DNA of 64,000 nt from an uncultured Arcobacter sp. (GCA_965140705.1 OZ223300.1:1504001-1568000); one strand, 5' to 3'. Numbered from the stretch's first letter, positions 19,872 to 29,666 are shown. Made by a program: numbers and translations. Notes: a model not told the origin generated them from the letters alone.

Positions 19872-20501
19872 ATGAACATAGAAAAATTAAAAGATGTGGA
19901 ATCAGAATTTTTTGATGCTTATCCAAAAGGCTTTGAGGATGAGAAGTTAATACGTATGGTAAAAAAATTCAATCCTGAAAAATTAGAAGCTTATGCAAAA
20001 GAAGCTTTTAAAAAAGAGAACTTTTCAGATCCACATTTTATAACTGAGGCATATTTTAAAACTATTCAAAAGTCAGTTATGGTATCACTTTTTGATAAAG
20101 TAAAACTTCGTGATGTGATAAAGGCTTTAACATCATATGAAAAAGATATGCTTAGTATCGAACTTTATGAATTATTATATGGAAATAAAAAAGATGGATT
20201 TGAAGGACTTGTAGAGTTTTTAGCTGAATTTGGTATGGCAAAGTGGACTTTAGTGACTCTTGTACCTTATAGTTTTAATAGGCAAACAGAGTATTTTATC
20301 AAACCAACAACAACAAAGAATATCATAAAGTATCTAGAAATTCCTAATTTAATATATAAACCACGACCATCTTATGAGTTTTATAAACAGTACACTAAAG
20401 TTTTAGATAAAATAAAAACAAAAGTTTCAAAACCACTCTCATTTGACAATGCTGCATTTACTGGGTTTTTAAAAATGGGTATTGAAATTTGTAATGAATA
20501 G
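19872..20501 (+). CDS. hypothetical protein
   Basis: Open frame with host-like codon use and GAGG RBS before ATG 19872; no function recognised. Confidence 0.7.
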   Translation: MNIEKLKDVESEFFDAYPKGFEDEKLIRMVKKFNPEKLEAYAKEAFKKENFSDPHFITEAYFKTIQKSVMVSLFDKVKLRDVIKALTSYEKDMLSIELYELLYGNKKDGFEGLVEFLAEFGMAKWTLVTLVPYSFNRQTEYFIKPTTTKNIIKYLEIPNLIYKPRPSYEFYKQYTKVLDKIKTKVSKPLSFDNAAFTGFLKMGIEICNE

Positions 20502-20530
20502 TTAATTTAAATGCAATTAAAAGGGGAAAA

Positions 20531-21208
20531 ATGTCAAATAAGTATTTGAAGAGTTTAAAGGTTTTATTTATAGAAGACGAAGATCTTATAAGAAATAAGA
20601 TTGTTTCTTCCTTAGAGTATATTGTAGCTGAAGTTATTTCAGCTTCAAATGGAGTAGAGGCATTAGAAAAACTTGAAAATTTTACTCCTGATTTGATTAT
20701 CACTGATTTGGAAATGCCCAAAATGAATGGTGCAGACTTTATCCATGAAGTTAGAAAAAAAGACAAAAATACTTGTATTATAGTAGTCACTGCATATACA
20801 AGTGAAAAGTATTTATTGCAACTCATTGATATGCATATTGAAAAATACATTCTCAAACCAATTACTTTGGAAAAATTAATTAGTGCCTTGGAAGATTGTC
20901 AAAAAAGATTTTCTAATGCTACTAATTTAAAAAGAACTCTTCCTGATGATTACACATATGATTGGAATCAAAAAATCTTATTACATAAAGATGAAATGAT
21001 TACTTTAACTAAAAAAGAGATTCTGTTTTTAGAACTTCTTTTTAAAAATATAGATAGTGTGACTTCCTTTGAAGAGTTACAAGAAGTTGTTTGGCAAGAT
21101 AGTGTTATGACAGATAATGCTTTGCGTTCTTTAATTAGAAACTTAAGAAAAAAATTGCCAAAAGATTTTATTGTCAATTTATCAGGTATTGGTTATAAAG
21201 TTGCGTAA
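20531..21208 (+). CDS. OmpR-family response regulator
   Basis: IEDE, ITDLEMPKMNG, VTAY, ILKP; winged helix ALRSLIRNLRKKL...GIGYK. Confidence 0.92.
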   Translation: MSNKYLKSLKVLFIEDEDLIRNKIVSSLEYIVAEVISASNGVEALEKLENFTPDLIITDLEMPKMNGADFIHEVRKKDKNTCIIVVTAYTSEKYLLQLIDMHIEKYILKPITLEKLISALEDCQKRFSNATNLKRTLPDDYTYDWNQKILLHKDEMITLTKKEILFLELLFKNIDSVTSFEELQEVVWQDSVMTDNALRSLIRNLRKKLPKDFIVNLSGIGYKVA

Positions 21209-22829
21209 ATATTTACTTCTTTTTTTATGTGTTAGCTTTTTATTTTCAAATGATGCAATAAAATATAAACATGATCAAACGGATAAAATTCTTATAAATG
21301 AGATGACAAAAGACTCCGAACTAAAAGTATATATGCCAACTCTTCCGTATTTCAACCTAATAAGTTTGATTAATGGTACTTTGGTGAAACTAAGTGATTC
21401 TAAAAGAGGATGGGATTATTATTTAGCATATAAACATAAAAAGATAAATGAACTTACCTATGATTTTTGGTTAAGAGATGATGTTCGTTATCAAGATGGT
21501 ACAAAATTTGATGCTGATTCTGTTGTTGATAATTTTAAACACTTTATCAATGGTCCTTTTTTATATAGTAATATTCATAATGCATTAGACTCAGTTGAAA
21601 AGTTAAATGATTATAAAATAAGAATACACTTGAAGATACCTTATGGAATGTTGTTAAATGATTTATGTGTAATAAATTTTTATACAAAAAAATATTATGA
21701 AAAATATAATTGGACCCCAAGTTTAACAGCTCAAAATACAAAAGGTCCTGGTCTTTATGGAGCAGGACCTTATATCATGGCTCAAGGTTATGCTACAGGA
21801 TTAAAACAAAGTAAAAAGATAGTTTTAATTGCAAATCCATATTATTTTGAAAAAAACAAACCTTATATAAATAAAATTACCATTTATACTGAAATTCCAA
21901 CGAAAAAGGTTATTAATGATATCTCAAAACATGAAGGAAAGCTTGATATTGCTTATATCCCTTATAATAAAAAAACTGAAATAGTAAATTCAAAATATGC
22001 GAAACTTTTGATTTCTCCCTCACATGGTAATTTAACAGTTCATATGAATCTAATAAAGAAAGATTCAAAACTTAAAAATATAAAAGTAAGACAAGCTTTA
22101 AATGATGCAATTGATCAAAAAAAATTAATCAAGTTTGCTTTTAGAAATGAGGCGAGTGTATCGCCATTTTTATTATCTTCTAATACTTATTTTGCAAAAG
22201 ATTTATCAAAGAAATATCTAAATAAAAAATCAAGATTTAGTCAAAAACAGTTGCATGATATTTTAAATGGTTTAGAGTTAAAAGTCATTACTCAAGATAG
22301 ATTTATGTCTGTTTGGAAAGGAATCGAATACCAATTATCAAAGTATGGTGTAAAACTAAATTATACAATAACAAGTGATGAAAAAGTTGTTTTAGAAAAG
22401 CTTTTAAATAATAGAAAAAATATTTATGATTGGGATTTATTAATTTGGGGAAATGAGGATTGGAATGGAAGTCCTTGGACAGCATTTTTTACTTTATATA
22501 CAAAAGCTAATTGGTGTTCAATTGATAAAGATGATTATTTGGTAAATGAGTTTGAAAAGTTATTTAAATTAGATACAAATTCAAAAGAGTTTCAAAAAGA
22601 GGTAAATAAAATATTATTGTATAGTTATGAAAAAGCCTACACATTAGTTTTACCTTCACCAAATATAGTAATTGCTTTAAATAAAGAAGTTTATTATCAT
22701 CCTTCAGAAATGTCAACTTTCCCTCTATGGAATGCAAAAATCACCCCTTATCATTGGTCTATTAGAAAAGGGAAGCTAGATAAAAGTAGACTGAATTACC
22801 TTTATCCAATTAGGATTAAAAATGAATAA
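21201..22829 (+). CDS. periplasmic substrate-binding protein, family 5 (peptide/nickel type), with no cognate transporter
   Basis: Signal peptide from TTG 21201 (MRKYLLLFLC); LRDDVRYQDGTKFDADSV, GAGPY, KVRQALNDAID. Confidence 0.82.
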   Translation: MRKYLLLFLCVSFLFSNDAIKYKHDQTDKILINEMTKDSELKVYMPTLPYFNLISLINGTLVKLSDSKRGWDYYLAYKHKKINELTYDFWLRDDVRYQDGTKFDADSVVDNFKHFINGPFLYSNIHNALDSVEKLNDYKIRIHLKIPYGMLLNDLCVINFYTKKYYEKYNWTPSLTAQNTKGPGLYGAGPYIMAQGYATGLKQSKKIVLIANPYYFEKNKPYINKITIYTEIPTKKVINDISKHEGKLDIAYIPYNKKTEIVNSKYAKLLISPSHGNLTVHMNLIKKDSKLKNIKVRQALNDAIDQKKLIKFAFRNEASVSPFLLSSNTYFAKDLSKKYLNKKSRFSQKQLHDILNGLELKVITQDRFMSVWKGIEYQLSKYGVKLNYTITSDEKVVLEKLLNNRKNIYDWDLLIWGNEDWNGSPWTAFFTLYTKANWCSIDKDDYLVNEFEKLFKLDTNSKEFQKEVNKILLYSYEKAYTLVLPSPNIVIALNKEVYYHPSEMSTFPLWNAKITPYHWSIRKGKLDKSRLNYLYPIRIKNE

Positions 22830-24474
22830 TTTAAAAATACGGCAGAAGTTTATTATATTAGGACTTATTGCTCTTATTTCATTAATATTGTTAGCCTTAC
22901 TATCTCTAAAAATAAATAAAGATAGTTTTACTAATTCAAATAATGTTGTAATAAATTTTAAAGATACACAAGAGATTCAAACCTTTTATATAGAAGAACT
23001 TTTTTTATTAAGAGAAGTAACTCTATCTTTAGTAATATCTCCAAATGATGATTTTAAAAAGAAGTTTGATGAAAAAATTTCACCTATTATAAAAAGATTA
23101 GATAAAAAATTTTTAAATGAAACTCCTGATAATAAAAAGGCATGGGAAGATTATAAAAAATTAGTTTTAAAAACTAGAGAATATTCTTTAAATGGATTTG
23201 ATGAAGGTGCTTTTATGAACACTTCATCTGTGGAAAGAGATAGTTTTTATTTTTTGATTAATAAGTTAAAAACAATTCAAAAAAAGAATTTACAAGAGTC
23301 TGAAAAAAAATTAAAAGAATTGAAAAATGATATAAAAATAAACAATATTTATATTCTTTTAGGGGTTTTGATTATTGGTTTTTTTGGATTTATTATTAAT
23401 CTAACTGTTGTTTTTAAAATAGTAAAACAAATAGAGAGTGTACAAAGAGGATTACAGAAATTTTTTAAACATTTAACAAATCCTACTGCTTATAAAGAAC
23501 AGTTGCATATTGATATAACAAGTAAAGATGAACTAGGATTAATGGCAGAGGCTATAAATACAAAAGTAAAATTAATAAAAGAGAATTTACAAGATGACTA
23601 TAGGTTGATACAAGAAGCTACTTTTACTTTGGATTCTTTAAAAGAGGGAAAATTTGGTAAAAGATTAGAAACACAGGCAAAATCCAATGAATTAAATGTA
23701 TTAAAAAACGTTATGAATGAAATGATAGGAAATCTAGAAAATAAAATATTAGAAGAGATCAACCATAGAACAAATCAAGAAAAACTGATGATTCAACAAT
23801 CAAAATTAGCTGCAATGGGTGAAATGATAGGAAATATTGCACATCAATGGAGACAACCTTTAGGTGAAATAAATGCCGTATTGATGGAGATAGAGACTAT
23901 AACTAGATATGGAAAACTTGAAGAAGAGCATCTTTTAAAAAATATAAAAACCTGTAATGAAATTACAGAACATATGTCTACTACTATAAGTGATTTTCAA
24001 AACTTTTTTAAACCTTCAAAACAAAAAGATAAATTTTCAGTATTAGAAGTGTGTAAAAAAGCTGTATCAATTATCAATGCCTCTTTAAATAATAATAATA
24101 TAGAACTAATCTTTGATATTCAAGAAGATAATACAATAGAAGGTTATTCAAATGAATTCTCCCATGCAATACTAAATATAATTTCAAATGCAAAAGATGC
24201 GCTAATATCGAGAAAAATTAAAAATCCAATAATAATTTTGAGTATAAAAGTTGGTAAAGAGTTTACAATAATTAAAATAGAAGATAATGCAGGGGGAATA
24301 AAATTAGAAGATATAAATTTAGTATTTGAACCTTATTTTACTACCAAAGGTGAGAAAAGAGGTACAGGAATAGGTTTATATATGACAAAAGTAATTATTG
24401 AAGATAATATGCATGGCTTTATTGATGTGAAAAATACAAATCAAGGAGCACTTTTTAGAATAAAGGTAAAATAA
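22822..24474 (+). CDS. sensor histidine kinase (TM-periplasmic helical sensor-TM-tandem HAMP-HisKA-HATPase)
   Basis: IAHQWRQPL H-box, NIISNAKDA, DNAGGI, FEPYFTTK, GTGIGLY. Confidence 0.92.
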   Translation: MNNLKIRQKFIILGLIALISLILLALLSLKINKDSFTNSNNVVINFKDTQEIQTFYIEELFLLREVTLSLVISPNDDFKKKFDEKISPIIKRLDKKFLNETPDNKKAWEDYKKLVLKTREYSLNGFDEGAFMNTSSVERDSFYFLINKLKTIQKKNLQESEKKLKELKNDIKINNIYILLGVLIIGFFGFIINLTVVFKIVKQIESVQRGLQKFFKHLTNPTAYKEQLHIDITSKDELGLMAEAINTKVKLIKENLQDDYRLIQEATFTLDSLKEGKFGKRLETQAKSNELNVLKNVMNEMIGNLENKILEEINHRTNQEKLMIQQSKLAAMGEMIGNIAHQWRQPLGEINAVLMEIETITRYGKLEEEHLLKNIKTCNEITEHMSTTISDFQNFFKPSKQKDKFSVLEVCKKAVSIINASLNNNNIELIFDIQEDNTIEGYSNEFSHAILNIISNAKDALISRKIKNPIIILSIKVGKEFTIIKIEDNAGGIKLEDINLVFEPYFTTKGEKRGTGIGLYMTKVIIEDNMHGFIDVKNTNQGALFRIKVK

Positions 24475-24480
24475 ACTTTC

Positions 24481-24533
24481 CCACTTTTTTTACACTTTTT
24501 TTCAACTAATAGGACTTTTTTTTCATATATAAT
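24481..24533 (+). promoter_or_regulatory. putative promoter of the cytochrome c / S-N-oxide reductase operon with 11-bp-phased direct repeats
   Basis: CCACTTTTTTT ACACTTTTTTT CAACT, then TATAAT at 24528-24533. Confidence 0.5.
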
Positions 24534-24558
24534 TTTATAAATATAAAAAAGGAGCAAT

Positions 24559-25146
24559 ATGAAAAAGAGTATAATTCTTGGAATTACTTTATTGACAGTT
24601 TCATTATACGCAAATGAAACAATGTATAGTACTAGTGTAAAAAACTTATATGAGGCTAGTAATAGTAATGCCATTAAAGGTAGACTTTTACCTACGTCAA
24701 AAGTTATATTGGTAGAAAAAAATTCAGATAAATCTAAAATAGAAATTGAAGGTTTTATGAAAGCTGGAGTATCTAATGCCATTTACTTTGCAAAGGGAAA
24801 AAGAATTTTAGTTGCTGGACTTGTTAAAAGTGGAAAATTTGATGTAAAAAAACTTTCTTCAAGCAAAGATAAAGATGGTGTAGAGTGGGAAAAAGTAGTT
24901 TTAACTGCATATACAAAAAATGACAATCTAACTAAAGATTTAAAACCACTATATGATAAAGCAGAAAATTTATTTAAAAGTAACTGTTCTATCTGTCATC
25001 CAATTCATCCTGTAGACGAGTTTACAGCTAACCAATGGCCAAGTATGTTTAAAGCTATGGTGAATAGAACTGCTATTCCAAAACAAGATAGATATTTAGT
25101 AACACAATTTTTGCAAAAACATGCAAAAGATATGAAAGGTGAATAA
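24559..25146 (+). CDS. periplasmic monohaem cytochrome c (resembles the TorC C-terminal domain)
   Basis: Signal peptide, single CSICH, FTANQWPSMFKAM; directly upstream of the molybdoenzyme. Confidence 0.85.
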   Translation: MKKSIILGITLLTVSLYANETMYSTSVKNLYEASNSNAIKGRLLPTSKVILVEKNSDKSKIEIEGFMKAGVSNAIYFAKGKRILVAGLVKSGKFDVKKLSSSKDKDGVEWEKVVLTAYTKNDNLTKDLKPLYDKAENLFKSNCSICHPIHPVDEFTANQWPSMFKAMVNRTAIPKQDRYLVTQFLQKHAKDMKGE

Positions 25147-25147
25147 A

Positions 25148-27631
25148 ATGAAAAATATTGATCAAAAAAGAAGAGGATTTATAAGAGTTGCTGCATTATT
25201 TAGTACAGTTCCATTTATTGATGCAATTACAAAAAGAGGAGAATTGCTTGCCGGTACAATTGCAAAATTTTCTACAAAACTAGTTGAAAATGGTGAAGTA
25301 TTAACAGCCGCACACTGGGGTATGTTAAAACTGACTATTAAAAATGGAAAAGTGGTAAAATCTGAGCCTTATCAAAAAACTTCTGATATTGAAAACTCAT
25401 TACAATATTATACACAAGACTTAGTATATGCACCTGATAGAGTAAAATATCCAATGGTGAGAAAATCATATTTAGAAAACCCAGATAATCCAAAACCTGA
25501 ATTGAGAGGTAATGATGAATGGGTAAAAGTTTCATATGAAAAAGCAATAAAATTAATAGCAAAAGAGCTTAAAAAAACAAGAAAAGAAAAAGGTGCAAAA
25601 GGAGTTTTTGCAGGAAGTTATGGTTGGAAAAGTAGTGGGAACATGCATAATGCAAGAGTTCTTTTACAAAGATTTATGACAGCAACAGGTGGATTTACTG
25701 GTACTGTTGGTGATTATTCAACAGGTGCATCGCAAGTAATTATGCCACATGTATTAGGTACACTTGAAGTATATGAACAACAAACTTCATGGCCACTTGT
25801 ACTTGAACATTCAAAAGTTGTAGTAATTTGGGGAGCAAACCCACTTGCAACTTTAAAAATTGCATGGACTTCAACTGATGAAAACGGATTTAAATATTTT
25901 GAGAAACTAAAAAAATCTGGTAAAAAAATAATTTGTATTGACCCTTTTAAAACAGAAACTTGTGAATACCTAGATGCACAATGGGTTGCACCAAATCCAA
26001 ATACAGATGTTGCAATGATGATGGGTATGGTACATACATTATTAGAATCAAAAAAATATAATGCGGACTTTTTAGCTGATTACACTGAAGGTTTTGATAA
26101 ATTTAAAGAGTATATATATGGTAAAGATGATGGTATTGTAAAAAATCTTAAATGGGCATCAAAAATTTGTGGAGTTGATGAAAAAACAATAAAAGAACTT
26201 GCAAATTTATTCTATGATAATAGAACTATGCTTATGTCTGGATGGGGAATGCAAAGAGCTCATCATGGGGAACAACCTCACTGGATGTTAGTTACATTAG
26301 CTTCAGTTCTTGGACAAATTGGACTTCCAGGTGGTGGATTTGGATTATCTTATCACTATTCAAATGGTGGAGTTCCTACTGCAAAAAGTGCAATTGTTGG
26401 TGGTATCACAGCAAATGTAACTCCTACAAAAGATGCGGGTGGAGCAGCATGGTTAAGAAATGCAGCTAAATATTCTTTCCCAGTTGCTAGAATTGCAGAT
26501 GCACTTTTAAATCCAGGAAAAACAATTGATTTTAATGGTAAAAAAGTTACTTATCCAGAGATTGATTTTATTTATTGGGTAGGTGGAAATCCATTTGTTC
26601 ATCATCAAGATACAAATACATTATTAAAAGCTTGGCAAAAACCAAGAACTGTTGTTGTTAATGAAGCATTTTGGACACCAACTGCAAGAATGGCAGATAT
26701 TGTAATGCCAGCAACAACTTCATATGAAAGAAATGATATTACAATGACAGGTGATTATTCTAACCTTAATATTGTTCCTATGAAACAAGCAGTTAAAAAA
26801 CAATTTGAAGCAAGAGATGATTATCAAATTTTTAGTGATTTATCAAAAGAGTTTGGTGTATTTGAAAAATATACTCAAAATAAAACTGATATACAATGGA
26901 TAGAAGAGTTTTATACAAAAGCTTATGAACAAGCACAAAAAATGAAATTACCAATGCCAACATTTAGAGAGTTCTGGGGTAAAAATAAACCAATAACTTT
27001 TGATGTTCCATATGAAAGCACACAATATGTAAGATATGCTGATTTTAGAGAAGATCCAATTTTAAATCCACTTGGAACACCATCTGGAAGAATAGAAATC
27101 TATTCTAAAACAATAGAAAAAATGAATTATAAAGATTGTAAAGCACACCCAACTTGGTTAGAACCAGCAGAATGGGTAGGTATGAAAGAAAAACCTGCAG
27201 AATTTGCATTGATTTCTCCACACCCAAGTCATAGACTACATTCACAACTTAATAATACAAGTTTAAGAAAAAAATATGCAGTTGCAAATAGAGAACCTAT
27301 TTGGATTAATACTCATGATGCAAAAGCAAAAGGTATCAAATCTGGTGATGTAGTAAGAGTATTTAATGAAAGAGGTCAAATCTTAACAGGTGCGATTGTA
27401 ACTGATGGATTAAAACGTGGAATTGTAAGAGTTCAAGAGGGTGCTTGGTATGACCCAATGGAAAAAGGAAAAATTGGAACATTATGTAAAAATGGTTCAG
27501 CAAACCTTTTAACAAAAGATATTCCAACTTCAGAATTAGCTGATGGAAATAGTTCAAATACAGCTTTAGTAAATATTGAAAAATATACAAAAAAAGCGCC
27601 TGAATTAACTATCTTCAAACAACCTAGCTAA
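25148..27631 (+). CDS. Tat-exported molybdopterin S-/N-oxide (TMAO/DMSO/biotin sulfoxide) reductase, TorA/TorZ/BisC family
   Basis: Tat signal KRRGFI, AAHWG, RVKYPMVRK, GSYGW, GDYSTGA (Ser Mo ligand), RLHSQL; start ATG 25148 or GTG 25139. Confidence 0.92.
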   Translation: MKNIDQKRRGFIRVAALFSTVPFIDAITKRGELLAGTIAKFSTKLVENGEVLTAAHWGMLKLTIKNGKVVKSEPYQKTSDIENSLQYYTQDLVYAPDRVKYPMVRKSYLENPDNPKPELRGNDEWVKVSYEKAIKLIAKELKKTRKEKGAKGVFAGSYGWKSSGNMHNARVLLQRFMTATGGFTGTVGDYSTGASQVIMPHVLGTLEVYEQQTSWPLVLEHSKVVVIWGANPLATLKIAWTSTDENGFKYFEKLKKSGKKIICIDPFKTETCEYLDAQWVAPNPNTDVAMMMGMVHTLLESKKYNADFLADYTEGFDKFKEYIYGKDDGIVKNLKWASKICGVDEKTIKELANLFYDNRTMLMSGWGMQRAHHGEQPHWMLVTLASVLGQIGLPGGGFGLSYHYSNGGVPTAKSAIVGGITANVTPTKDAGGAAWLRNAAKYSFPVARIADALLNPGKTIDFNGKKVTYPEIDFIYWVGGNPFVHHQDTNTLLKAWQKPRTVVVNEAFWTPTARMADIVMPATTSYERNDITMTGDYSNLNIVPMKQAVKKQFEARDDYQIFSDLSKEFGVFEKYTQNKTDIQWIEEFYTKAYEQAQKMKLPMPTFREFWGKNKPITFDVPYESTQYVRYADFREDPILNPLGTPSGRIEIYSKTIEKMNYKDCKAHPTWLEPAEWVGMKEKPAEFALISPHPSHRLHSQLNNTSLRKKYAVANREPIWINTHDAKAKGIKSGDVVRVFNERGQILTGAIVTDGLKRGIVRVQEGAWYDPMEKGKIGTLCKNGSANLLTKDIPTSELADGNSSNTALVNIEKYTKKAPELTIFKQPS

Positions 27632-27634
27632 AAT

Positions 27635-27662
27635 AAAAGTAGAGATTTCTTCTCTACTTTTT
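27635..27662 (+). terminator. intrinsic terminator after the reductase
   Basis: AAAAGTAGAGA-TTTCT-TCTCTACTTTT inverted repeat with T-tail. Confidence 0.8.
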
Positions 27663-27726
27663 AACTTCAAGATAAAAGTAGTTTATTTTCTATATAATCT
27701 TTCTTATAAAATAAAAAAGAGAGAAT

Positions 27727-28170
27727 ATGAAAGTATCAAGAGTAAAAAACTTAATGATTTCCGGTCTTAGTGTTATCACAAATAATAAACTTGAATTTGA
27801 ATCAGAAAATGGCAAAATTCCTCAATTATGGGATGATTATATTGAAAAAAATGTTTATGGAAGTACTTTCAATAAAGCAAATAGTAAATATATGTATGGG
27901 GTTTATAGCGATTATACAAGTGATGTAACTGGTGATTATAAAGTAACTGTTGGTGTAGAAGTTACTAAACCCAAAAATGCTTTAGTTATAGAAGATGAAA
28001 GATATTTAGTTTTCTCAAAAAAAGGTGAGCTACCAGATGTTGTGGTTGAGACTTGGGTAGAGATATGGGAATACTTTGAAAACAATAATGAATATGAAAG
28101 AAAATATAGTATTGATTTTGAGAAGTATGTAAAAGAGGATGAAATAGAGATTTATATCTCAATAAAATAG
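27727..28170 (+). CDS. GyrI-like small-molecule-binding protein
   Basis: GKIPQLW, YGVYSDY.SD..GDY, W.EIW.YF, R.Y..DFEKY, IYISI. Confidence 0.85.
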   Translation: MKVSRVKNLMISGLSVITNNKLEFESENGKIPQLWDDYIEKNVYGSTFNKANSKYMYGVYSDYTSDVTGDYKVTVGVEVTKPKNALVIEDERYLVFSKKGELPDVVVETWVEIWEYFENNNEYERKYSIDFEKYVKEDEIEIYISIK

Positions 28171-28266
28171 TTATTTAAAATAATATTTAGTTATTTTTAT
28201 CAAATATTATCTTATTTAAATAATTATTGAATACAATAACGACATAAAATTCCAGGAGAAATTACT

Positions 28267-29634
28267 ATGTTTAAGATTTTTGGTATTTTGGCTCTTCTTT
28301 TGTCAAATGTTGCATATGCAACTAGTTTAGGCGAGCCAGATTTAACAAACACATGGGTTGGTATTGTTTCTTTATTTATATTTGTTGTTGGTTACTATGT
28401 AATTGCAAATGAAGAAAAATACGAAATTGATAAGTCTGTTCCAGCATTATTTGTTGGGATTTTTACATTTTTATTAATAGCAATTTATTTTGTTACAAAT
28501 AGTTTAGATATAAAATTAGTACATGAAGAAGCAGAAAATGTCATTTTAGAAATTGCTGAAATATTCTTTTTCTTGTTTGTTGCTATGACTTATATAGAAT
28601 CACTACTTCATATGGGTGTTTTTGATAGATTAAAATATAATCTTGTATCAAAAGGTTATAGTTATAGAAAACTTTTTTGGCTTACAGGATTATTATCATT
28701 TTTTATATCACCTTTTGCTGATAACTTAACTACTGCACTTATTTTATCAACAGTACTTTTTACAATTGAAAGAGATAAAAAAGAATTTTTAGTTCCAGGT
28801 GCTATTAATATAGTTGTTGCTGCAAATGCAGGAGGAGCTTGGAGTCCTTTTGGAGATATTACTACTCTTATGGTATGGACATCAGGTAAAGGTGACTTTT
28901 GGGACTTCTTATATTTATTCCCTTCCTCTGTTTTAGGATATCTAGCAACTGCATTTTTATTGTCTTTAGTAGTTCCAAAAACAAAACCTGTTTTTGATAA
29001 TAAAGTTGAAGTTCCTCAAATGAAAGAGGGTGCTAAAACAATTATCTTTTTAGGTGCTGTAACTATTATCATGGCAGTTATTTCTCATCAAATATTAGAT
29101 TTCCCAGCAATGTGGGGAATGATGTTTGGTCTAGTATTATTAAAAGCTTATTCTTTCAAATTACAAAAGAAATTTGGTAAGTCTCATTTTAATGTATTTG
29201 AATCAATGGCAAAAATTGAAAATAATACTTTAATGTTCTTTTTTGGTATCTTATCAGCAGTTGGCGCTTTATATTTCTTAGGGTGGTTAACTCTTGCTTC
29301 TATTGTATATGAACCAAACTATTTAGGACCTATTTATTCAAATATTGCTGTTGGATTTTTATCTGCAATTGTTGATAATGTTCCTGTAATGTCTGCTATA
29401 TTAAAAGCAAATCCAAATATGGACTTATCAAATTGGTTGTTGGTTACTCTAACTGCTGGTATTGGTGGTTCTTTAATCTCTTTTGGAAGTGCTGCTGGTG
29501 TTGGTGTAATGGGTAAACTAAAAGGTATATATACTTTTTCTAGTCATATGAAATATGCATGGATGATATTAGTAGGTTATTTTATCTCTATAATTATTTG
29601 GTATTTTCAGTTTGAGATGTTAAGAATTTATTAA
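28267..29634 (+). CDS. nhaD: Na+/H+ antiporter NhaD
   Basis: ADNLTTAL, AANAGGAWSPFGDITTLM, SAIVDNVP, GGSLISFGSAAGV. Confidence 0.9.
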   Translation: MFKIFGILALLLSNVAYATSLGEPDLTNTWVGIVSLFIFVVGYYVIANEEKYEIDKSVPALFVGIFTFLLIAIYFVTNSLDIKLVHEEAENVILEIAEIFFFLFVAMTYIESLLHMGVFDRLKYNLVSKGYSYRKLFWLTGLLSFFISPFADNLTTALILSTVLFTIERDKKEFLVPGAINIVVAANAGGAWSPFGDITTLMVWTSGKGDFWDFLYLFPSSVLGYLATAFLLSLVVPKTKPVFDNKVEVPQMKEGAKTIIFLGAVTIIMAVISHQILDFPAMWGMMFGLVLLKAYSFKLQKKFGKSHFNVFESMAKIENNTLMFFFGILSAVGALYFLGWLTLASIVYEPNYLGPIYSNIAVGFLSAIVDNVPVMSAILKANPNMDLSNWLLVTLTAGIGGSLISFGSAAGVGVMGKLKGIYTFSSHMKYAWMILVGYFISIIIWYFQFEMLRIY

Positions 29635-29638
29635 TATG

Positions 29639-29666
29639 ATAAAGCTTTCTAAAAAGAAAGCTTTAT
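29639..29666. terminator. probable bidirectional terminator between convergent genes
   Basis: ATAAAGCTTTCT-AAAA-AGAAAGCTTTAT. Confidence 0.65.
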
